In this document: one piece after another, positions 25,455 to 35,900 of the stretch | How positions within the stretch are numbered: the stretch's first letter is position 1 | Layout: the number at the start of each line of letters is the position of its first letter | Source: Tricharina praecox | Taxonomy: Eukaryota | NCBI RefSeq assembly: GCF_024521635.1 | Contig: NW_026250405.1 | Location: 1 to 64,000, forward strand | DNA: 64,000 nt | Direction: 5' to 3' | Program-made: the position numbers and the translations under genes | The notes under the pieces: model-generated | The model's input: the letters and a program-made list of their open reading frames with translations, nothing else | What the model was told of the DNA's origin: nothing | The model's database searches: none

Positions 25455-26416
25455 GGATGATCGGCCGAGGGTGCCGTGCGCTTGTAGGATGCGCTTGTGT
25501 GAATGTGAACGTGAATTTGTTGCGGTTGCGGTTGCTTTGGGGATTCGGGCGAAATGGGCGTTATGGTTGGCATGACATGGGATTGTGATTTACTTTGACG
25601 TATAGTTTGTGCTTCTTTCTTTCAATATTCCGATTACATGCGTGCCTTGCTGCTTTGCTGCTTTCCGCTTCTGTCACTGGGAGAGAGGATGCGTACGTTC
25701 TTAGTTACGAGTTACGATGTAGATGTTTAATCGACATTGAATCTGAATTTAAAGTTTGTGGCAATTTTTTTGCCCATGCAGCCCAACGAGTGATGCCGCA
25801 TGATTGCGCACAACGATTAATCCACCATCTCTAGGTCACCGAGCACCGAGCACCACGCGTAAGGCCAAAACGAGAAGGAAGCCAGAAATGTGAAACGTCG
25901 ATCTTGCCGCTCCCGCTCCCGCTCCTTGGCCCCCGCCCCCGCCCCCGCCGCGTGAATACCATGTAACCTGGTTGCCGGTGCGGTTGGTCATGGGTAATGA
26001 CTCACTGACCGCGGGGGCCACTGCGGAAAGGTGCACACGATGTGTGAGCATACCGGTGGCCGGTGTGGGCGTCAGCGGATATACTAGGTATATGTAGCAG
26101 TGGATATGTATATATAACCCTCTAGATATGTAGTGTAGTCGGGCTGTGTTGCGCTTCGTATGTACTGGTAGGTATTCAACAACAACTTCAGGAACCATCG
26201 GCGGTGATTCATGAAGTGAAGTGAAGTGAGAGATATTCCGCGTTCACGATCGCTGTAACTAATACCTGCTATACCTACTATACATGCCTACTATGTATAC
26301 ACCGCTCCAGGGGAAGCCCACGCCGATCCCGATCTCGATTGCCTGCACTGTACTGCGAGATTTCTTCATTCCGCCTCATGCTAAAATAGCCGCCGCCGTA
26401 GCTAGGTATGTTCCTA

Positions 26417-26881
26417 CAGTACTAGGACAAAAAGGATTGGACAGTGCCCGTTTTACACCAAAAATGACCATTTTCAGTCACCGATACAACAACTACAACG
26501 TATCGAAAAAAATCAGAGACCATCGGGAAACCTCTATAACTATACCGTCAACGATATGGGAACTCCTCACGGAGTTCTGAATCGTTGTTGTGGAGCAATA
26601 CCATACGGGGGAAAAGTTAACGGTTGCCAAGTAGCTTTTTGTATGGGAGCCCCATACAAAATGTCATGTCACTTTTCAACTCCTGCACAATACAACGTCA
26701 TAGAGCCCCAATCCGTGATGAAAGTCGTCAAAGTTTTTATTGATGAAGAAGCTCGTGATTCTAACGCTTCTGTGAAAGAGACGATTTTTTTCCACCAGGT
26801 GGAGGGTATGTTTGGGTTGCATGAAAATGGGCATTTTTGGTGTAAAACGGGCTTTGTCCAATCCTTTTTGTCAGGGTACTT
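26417..26881. mobile_element. Tc1/mariner-type non-autonomous element (MITE, 465 bp) with ~60 bp TIRs and TA TSD
   Basis: Left: TA|CAGTACTAGGACAAAAAGGATTGGACAGTGCCCGTTTTACACCAAAAATGACCATTTTCA. Right, reverse-complemented: TA|AAGTACCCTGACAAAAAGGATTGGACAAAGCCCGTTTTACACCAAAAATGCCCATTTTCA. Confidence 0.9.
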
Positions 26882-28439
26882 TATATACCGATATCGGCTG
26901 GAAAATTATTCTGCCGCAGCGTGGGTAATGTTCAAGTTGCCGGCACTCGGTGGATACGGTGTGTATGGGGGGTGTATATACGGGCTCGGGGACGGCCGTA
27001 AAACGTAGGTAGTCTATAGTATAGTAAATGCCGCTCTATGTAGAGTAGAGTAGGTATATCATCGGCCCATATAACTTCCTCTTCTCTTCTTCTGGTGGCC
27101 GTTTTCATTGCCATCTTCATGGATGAATCCATGCCCGGTAGAGCACCGGGAGAGCACTTGGAGAGGAAGAGGAGGGAAATCCGATCTTCTTCTTCTTCTT
27201 TTCTTCTCCTCAACGGCAGCTGTAGACATCTACACAGCGGCCAGGACCAGAACCCGGGCCAGCACCAGGGCCAGGGCTTTCTGAGAACACGGACATGGAC
27301 CAGTACAAGGACAAGGACCAGGACCAGGACCACCAGCCAGCTACTAGCCAGCTACTAGCTAGGTACTCTATTTTCTTCTCATTCCGATTTGTGCGTGATC
27401 ATGATCGTGATGCGATGCTATATATGTGCATATTCTCCGCTGACCGAGGATTGCAACTTGCAACTAACAAGAAGGCCATCATGGGGCTTTCCGCGGCCGT
27501 ATATCTGTATAGTGGTAGGCGGAAGAAGAGATACTTGCTCTACTCCACTTGTAGGAGGTGCTTTCATTCCATATGTAGAGTATGTAGAGTATGTTCGATA
27601 TTGATTATCATGCATACGGGAAACACCCGAGGTGAGTCGTGACATGCTTGGAATGGAAGAGAATGGACGGAAAGAGCAGGAGCAAAATACTATATGTACC
27701 GAACGGGCGATTAATGGCACTGTACTCTACTGGTACTCTACATACATCCAGAGAATAGGGTAGAGCAGATCACTATCGTACGTACTCTATGCATGATGAA
27801 CTATGTAGAACACATGTGGAAGGTTCTCTTCGCACTGTGACGTATGCACTTGCTTTTATGTATGCGCCCGGCTCTCTCTCTTGCTCGGTGATGAGAAAGT
27901 TAAGGAGGCGGCGCGGACGCTCGCTGCCAGCCCTCAGCCAGCCAGCCAGCCGAACGGGAGGCTTACTGATTAGACAGATAAACAAATAAACAAAAACAAA
28001 AAGCCGAACGGGAAGGGAGGCTGATTGTAAGGACCCGCGCAGGCTGCGGCTTACACACACGAGTTGGAACTTGGTGTTGCCGAGACAGACAAGCCTTCAT
28101 CTTCGCCGTGTGTGTGTAGTGCCTACCGTCTCCCGGGATCGGCTTCTGTTCTTCAGTTCTTGCCTTGCCTTGCAGCAGCCCCCGCCCCCGCTCATGCAGT
28201 TGGAAAAGTTGGAACACTTGCAGAAGAAGAAGAATTGAAGGCAAAAGGAGAGAAGACAGAGAAGACGCAGACGGAGCATGGCAACAGAACATGCTTCTTC
28301 TTCTTCTGCAACAACCGTTCCTGATTTCTACATAGGATTGGCTTCCACTCTTGATGGAACAGTTCCCGATATGATATCGTAGCACAGTGAGCAGTGGTCG
28401 ATGATGTGGTGCAACCGCACTCACTCACTGACTGACTGA

Positions 28440-28609
28440 CTGACTGGCTGGATCACTGACTGGCTGGATCACTGACTGGCTGGATCACTGACTGGCTGGA
28501 TCACTGACTGGCTGGATCACTGACTGGCTGGATCACTGACTGGCTGGATCACTGACTGGCTGGATCACTGACTGGCTGGATCACTGACTGGCTGGATCAC
28601 TGACTGGCT
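28440..28609. repeat. Perfect minisatellite (CTGACTGGCTGGATCA) x10
   Basis: Direct; it grades out of flanking (CACT)/(ACTG) tetramers. Confidence 0.95.
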
Positions 28610-31600
28610 CACTGGCTCACACGGCTCGTCTCTCGATCGGTTTCATGTTCTTCCAGAGTGCAAGCCGATGTTTCCACGGCTGTATTTTCGCCATCTCCTG
28701 CTTCTCCTCCTCCTCCACCACCTCCCCTTTCACTTCCTCTCCATATCGTCACCGGAGGATATTGAAAGTTGTGAGACACCTCGAATAGCACCGAATAGTA
28801 CGCGATGTCACCCATCTTCACCCACCACGAAGCGGAAGAAACAAAACATCGAGAGCTCTTCTCTTCTCTCTTCTCTCTCCTCATCCCTGCTGCCTAACCG
28901 AGAATTCTTCTTCGGCAGGGGCAGGCCCACACCACAGTTCACTGGCCCAGCCCTTGACGCCAGCCTCTCCCCGGTTAGTCCGATAGGGTCTCAATCTCCG
29001 TTCCCTGCCTGAAATTCCGCGCCTCGAAGGTCAGAGCATGCAACTCGCGAGAGAGCTCGAGGGGGGGGGGAAAAAGTGCAGCAACGAGATATTTTTTGTG
29101 GGTGGTGAGCCCGTGCAGAGAGATACACACACAGAGAGAGGGAGAGAGAGAAAAAAAAGTTTGCACGATGGACCTGTGAAAGTGACGATAATGACGAGGG
29201 AGTGGGAATGGATATCAGGATGGGCAGAACAACACCCCCAAACCGCCAGCCGTGTCTCTCTCCCTCTCTCTCTCGATCCTTCCGTTCAGTTCAGTTCATC
29301 TCCTCTCCGCTGCTCTCCGCTGCTCCGAACGGCAAATTTCTGTGGCAGGAGTCCGGTACGGTAGGAAGCCTGCCGCCGCTGCACCGCTTGTCATGATCCA
29401 ATTCCAATTTCGCCGGGGTGGTTTTGGTTTGGTTTTGGTTGTTTGTTGGTCGACATGTATGCTAACTACGGTACTCTAAGGAGGGAAATCAAGGGAAACC
29501 AAATGCTCCGCCGCCGGTTGACACCCTACTCTACTGCAGAGACGGAAGGGGTTTAGAGAGAGAGAGAGCGGCTTTGGGAGTTTTGAAAAACGTGGTTCTA
29601 GATATGTGCATACGAGCACCATGACCGCGACCACGGCACGACCACGGCGTCTACTCCGATGTCGATGTCGATTCCGTCACGTCTGAGGTGCCGACTATGT
29701 ATAGCTGCCCGATCCACTCGTCGGGGCCGTGATGAGCATATATAGGTGCTCAGTGCTCACAACCGTCGCGGACATGGTTATTCGTCGTCGCTGGCCGCCC
29801 CATCGCACATCTCCTGTGACTGTGGAAGGCTGCGTTTCATCTTCGCGGGGAACCGTACCGTTGTCTCGTCTGGCTGGAGGTGCATGTGGGGGGGGGGAGG
29901 GGGGGGGGAGGGGGAGGGGGGCGAGGACAGGGACCGATAATTGTGATGCTGCAGGAGCCGGGTACGGCGTAGGAAAAAGGAATAGTAGGGAGAGAGAGAG
30001 AGAGAGCTTGTCGGTGACGAAAGCTTTAAAGGAGTCGAAGAGCTATTGCACCTGCCACTGATATGACGATGGGAGTGCTAGTTAATTTGCCTATCTCCCT
30101 CTCCATCGGGCTCTGTCTGCTGCGGGGAGACCGACCTCCCGGACATGGCCCGCCCCCCTTTCGTGTGTGTTCGGCACAGGATGGGAGCTGTGCTGGCTGG
30201 CCGAGGCCGCCCGAACGGCCTGAAGAAGAAGGCCGACGGGAGTTTCGATTCCCAGCAAGCAGCCGTACCGATGGGTGCACTAGCAATTTGGCAGTGGAGC
30301 AGAGAGCAGGCAGAGTGGAGCACAGCAAAGTGCGGTAGAGTGCGGTGCTCGAAGTGAAGTGGCGTGTCTGCGGCAGCCCTTCCCTTCCGCTGTTGCTTGG
30401 TGGATGATGCTGGATGGAGGAGGCCTGCAGCCAATCACCTAATATCGGCTCCCTGCTGGTCTCGGTCCCCATTGGGCGGCCGTCGGTCTGTGCTCAACTT
30501 GTCAACTCGCCCAGAGACGCGGCTTGCCCCGAACGAGCGAGCACGCACCCAGAAGCTCGTTAGTCGCGGAAAAAGCAGCCCAACCCTCCACTTCGATTCG
30601 CTGCTGCCCTGTTTCGTCTCTCCCCTTCTCGACTCCTTAACGTTCGCGCAAAGCAGAAGTAAGCCCCCCCCCATCCCCAGCAGCAAGCCACACAGGAAAC
30701 GAGAAAGCCAGGCGAACGAGGGGGACCGCGACCGTGACTGCGACTGCACTGCGACTGAGACTGCGACTATGATGTACGACCGCGACCGTCGACATCCAAT
30801 TGCCCGTAGAATGAGGGGATGAACTGCGACGTTACGGTCGGCCCTCAGTGCATCGGTGCATCTCCTCCAGTGGAGAGCAGGCGCCTCAGTCATACTAGTA
30901 GTCTAACCATCATCAATCATCAGCAGCAGCATCATCGCCATCGCTCGCTCTCATCACACCCGCCAACGTCGGGCATGCAGCAGTCTCTATCGCTGCCCCA
31001 TCGGATTGGATATCTCTACTCCTCTACTTAGCCAGGATCCACCCCCCCATATCGTGCCCAGACACGAAAAAATAGAAAAAAGCAATGGCCGCATATTATA
31101 GTATGGCATAGGCGGAGCCGTAGACTGTCCTCGCCTCGCCGCTAACGTGGAAGCAATTCCCAAGCTTCTCTCTTCTCTCCATCGCTGCTTGCTGCTGCTG
31201 GGTCGCATTCGATTCTTTCGCCTCGCCTCGTCTCGTCTTGTTTTTGTCTTGTCTTGTCTTGTCTTTGTCTGTATGAAGCGCGCGTGTCAGTGTCTTCTCA
31301 AAGCCGGCTCATCTGTTCGTTCCGTTCGTTCCGTTCGTTCTGCTCTCAGTTGAGAGCATTCGCCCCGTCCGCGTACCTACCTACCGAGTCCCTCGCCACA
31401 AGCCGGCGGAACCTTGACAGTGCAGTGCAGTGCAGCGGTGGTGGTGGTGGAGGTGGTGGTGGTGGTCGAAAGGCATAGAAAAAGGTATAATTATATACAC
31501 CACCCAGAGTGGCGGATCGATTAGGGGGTGGGGACGGAGGGGGGATGAAGAGAGGACGGAGCATGTCGAACTTGGAATGCGTTTCACAGTCGAGAGGGCA

Positions 31601-32957
31601 GAGGGTAGCTGGCGGAGGGAGGAGAAAGAAGAAGAGAAGAAGAGGAAGAAGAAGATAAAGAAGAAGGGGACGTGTGTGTGTTGACATTGCTAGATTCTTC
31701 CATACATTCGCTCCGTACATTATCCCTACAGCTGTACACTCCACCGGTGCCTCTCCATAGCATCTCGGACTTTCCTCAACTTCACCTGACTGTCTCCACC
31801 TTTAACGACTCTGCGGCGACGCCTGTGGCAATTACTTGTTTACTTCGATAATAACCCTACTTGCAGCTCGGTAGAGACGCGGACCTGCATAAACACCCCC
31901 GACGTGTCCGGCCGGCCATTATACATACCACCAGACCACACCCCCCGTCCCTCCGTCATCACTTTCGCCGTCGACTCTCGCTGAATGTCACCACCACCGC
32001 TACCTATCCTATAATCCCCACCCCTTCCACCCCCGCCAGTCAGAGTCTGTGGTCTTCGCCAGCTTGAAAGGCGGTAGCTGCTTGGATAGACTGACAGGCC
32101 GGACGACCTTTCGACGGGGCCCATATCACGACCGCAGCATCCTGCCAGCTTCTTGACACCACAGGAGTTAGAGCACCCCAGTATAGAGTACCGCGTCTCA
32201 CCCACGCACGGAAGAAGAAGAAGAAGAAGAAGAAGAATACCTGACCTGTCAATCCTCTCTCGTCTGCGGATCTTCCCCCCCTACACAACTTTCTTCGACA
32301 CACCAAGATATCTCTCTGCACTCATCTGCAAGACGGGTGGCTGCGTCCAAGCCGGATCCCTCCCTTTCCCCCCACCCCTCATCATTAGATATCGACTACT
32401 TCTAGCACTGCACGGCCGTTGAGAAAGCATTCATTTGAACGATATTTGTACTAAACAGCGGCCAGCTGGCTTTCGTGTTTGCCGTTTCGTTTTTGCATAG
32501 CTTTCTACCTGGTGTTGTCCATTGCTTTGGCGTTCAATTGATTTGGACAGGTTCGTGAACTACCCGCCTGCTATCCTGTCTTGTTATTCCCATTCCCTTC
32601 ACCGAGCCTGTCCCGGTGACCGTCCCAGTGCTAACTTCAGGGCCCGCCTTGTTAGAGGTTGAACCACCATAGAACTACATATTCCATATCGAATTGCCCT
32701 ACATACCTACTACTACCCGTCGTCTTCGCTACGCACGCCTGACCTCCTGGAAGGTGCACGGCCCCCCCTCCCCCCCCCCAATCGATTGCTCCGCTGCTGC
32801 TGGGACGGCTGTCCGCCCAAAACAAAGTGCTTAGCCAACGCCTGGCCCCATCTCACGGATCGGGATTCACCACCTGTCGGGATTGTACTCCCTACCACAC
32901 AACACCACGGGACTGCGTCGGAAACCCCCTGGCGGATAACAGCCACAGACCGGCATC

Positions 32958-35900
32958 ATGGAGACAGACCTTGACGACTTCACCGACTATGCCTCCGAGG
33001 CTCCCCTCCCCCCTCCGAGGGGCACCCCTTACGACAGATCACCTATGCTCTCCCGCCATCCGAGCCGCGGCCAGTCGCCAAACATGGCCGGCAACCCTAT
33101 ACCTCCTCCGGACCGTCGGCGGATGAGCTCGCAGATCCACGACGGCGCATTCGACGAAACAATATCGATCCTCGACCCCCGTCGATTCACGCCGACCCTA
33201 CACGCCAACCTGGTCGCAGAGATCTTGTCGTTGCGCCGAGAACTCGAGTCGAAGAACGGCCTCGTCGAAACCCTCGAGAACGAGCTCGATGCAACGCGTG
33301 TCGAACATGAGAACGCCAACGAGGCCGTGGCAACCGCCCTGAAAGAGGCGAGGGATGTCAAGCGCCAGCTCGCTAGGGCGGAGAAGGACGACGCCATGGC
33401 GGTGGTGGCTCAGGAACGAGACGAAGCTGTCCAAGCACTCGCGGATTCCAAGAAGCAGATGGAGCGGCTATCTAAGTCGCGGCGAGCGGCTGAGGAGGAT
33501 CTCGAGCAACTAAGGAAAGCCCAGGAACGGGACAGCGAAAGATTCGAGGAGGCGAAGAGAGGATTCGAGCGAAGGGCCCACGTTGCCGAAGGCAGGCTCA
33601 AGGCTGTCCTGGACGAGATCGCGGCGGCTAGAGCGAGTGCTATGTCGCCTCCTCCACCGGCTCCTCCGACGATGGCGCACCATCCTTCACATCAAAGGGT
33701 AATGTCGGAAGATTACGGCGACTTTCATGGAGGTTCCGACACCCGCAGCATCAGATCCTCCACCATGAGCATCGGCGATCGCCCGTCGAGTCTCATGATG
33801 GGAGACGATGAGGCGGAGAGACTCGGTATATCGCTGCACGGGAACGGTGGCGGGCTGAGCTTGGCAGACGAATTGAACTTTGACCAGTCCGAGGACGACG
33901 AAGGCACCGGCACGGAGCGAGAACAGACGGATGCCGAGCCGGAAGATATGGTATCGGACACGGAATCGGTCGAGGATGTCGACGAACTCCCGGAACTTGC
34001 GGACATGGGCATCCAGTGCGAACCCGAGATCAACTTCGAGGAGCGGGCGCTGGAATTGGAGGACCTTCTGGACGAGAGGGCGGTCGAGCTGGAAAGGGCT
34101 TACAACACGATACAGCAGAAGACGGAGGAAATGGACGCTCTCTATTCCGAGCTCGACACCGCTCACAACCGCGCATTCGACCTCGAGGAGAAGTTGGACT
34201 TCTTGAATACCCAGGGCGTAAAGATGGATCAGGAACACGATGCACGAGTAGAGAGGTTCGAGGAAGAGGCTAAGGTCTTCCACGCTATGGAAAAGGAGAA
34301 GGAACAGCTGTTTGCGGCGCGTTCGCTCGAGATCGATGTCCGGTCGTCGGAACTCGATGTTCGCGCGGTGGAGCTCGATGTGCGGTCATCCGAGCTTGAA
34401 ATCAAGTCGGTGGAGCTTGCCAATCGGTCGTCGGAGCTCGATGAGCGGGCGGTGAAGCTTGATGAGCGGTCGGTGGAGCTTGATGGGCGGACAACTGGGC
34501 TGGATGAGCGGAGGGCGGCGCTCGAGTCGATGTATATTGAGTTGGAAGCGCGGGAAACGGAGTTGCGGCAGGAGGCCGATGTCATGAGGGAAATAAATGA
34601 GGAACGCAGCGCTTCACTGGACGACCGGGAAATCGAATTGGAGGACCGGGAGCGCGTTTTGTCCGCCGAGGAGGCCGAGATCAAGGAGCTAAAGGAGTGG
34701 GTGGACCAGGAATTAAACCTAATCAAGGAAGGAAAGGAGGAGGCCATCGCCATGGTCAAGGAAGAAGATCTGGCGCCACGGACGACGGATGCTTACACGG
34801 AACCACCATTCCTTGCTTACATCTCGACCGCCACGGATGCACCGGAGGAACCCATGCCTGTGGTCTTTGTCTCCACGGGTACCGATGCACCAAAGGAGCC
34901 CGAGCCTTTGGTCTATGTTTCCACAGCCGTCGACGCACCGAAGGCAATCGAGTACGTCTCGACGGCTACCGATGCTGAGGTTGTGGTTTATGCCTCCAAG
35001 GCCATCGATGCACCAAAGGAACCCGAGCCTGCTGTTTGTGTGTCCACCGCCTCGGACGCATACGGAGAACCTTATCCTAAGGTTTTCGTTTCCACCGCTT
35101 CGGACGCTTTCACGACCAAAGTTTACACCTCTACTGCTTCGGACGCTTACGAATATGTTCAGCCGAGAGTGTACATTTCCTCCGCTACGGATACGATCAC
35201 AGAGGCCCCCGCGAAGGAGTACACATCCACAGCCACCGATGCTGAGCCTGTGGCCTACATGTCAACTGCCTCGGACGCATACGAAGACCCTTACCCCAAA
35301 CTATTCGTTTCCACGGCTACGGATGCGCCCACAGTACCCCCGCCGCCGGTTTGCGTTTCGACGGAGGTGCAAACTTTGGACGAGCCCATGGTATCTACAG
35401 AGGCGCAAACCTCGGAAGAACCCATGGTATCAACGGAGGTCCAGACCGCGGATCTCATGGTGTCCACAGAATCGCAAACCTTGGAGAAGGTTATGGTTTC
35501 CATCGAATCGCAGACCGCGATCATTTACGCTTCCGCAGAAGTGCAGGCCGTCGAGGAGCCCATTGTTTTTACCTCCGCAGAAATGCAAACAGAAGAGGAG
35601 GAGAAACCCGAACCCATCGTTTATGTTTCCACCGAGGTTCAAGCGGTGGAAGAACCGATGGTTTACATCTCGATGGAATCGCAAACCATGGAAGAGCCAC
35701 AGCCTATCGTTGTTTCCACGGAAATGCAAACTAACGGACTCCCATCTCCGCCCCCCACGCCATTGCTTGAGAAACCCAAGCCATTGATGCAGTCTGCTGG
35801 CATTCAAACGGATGCTGTCAGGCCGCCCAAGCCCACGATCCTCCGAGTGCCGGCGATCATGGTCAGCCCACCAGAGCCAACACCGCCGCTTCCCAAGCCG

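Noticed and set aside
28440..28609. CRISPR-like or telomeric array
   Set aside because: It is a spacer-less 16-bp tandem repeat and not TTAGGG.
34789..35787. 332-aa overlapping alternative-frame ORF and antisense ORFs within long genes
   Set aside because: Shadow frames of repetitive, GC-rich coding sequence.
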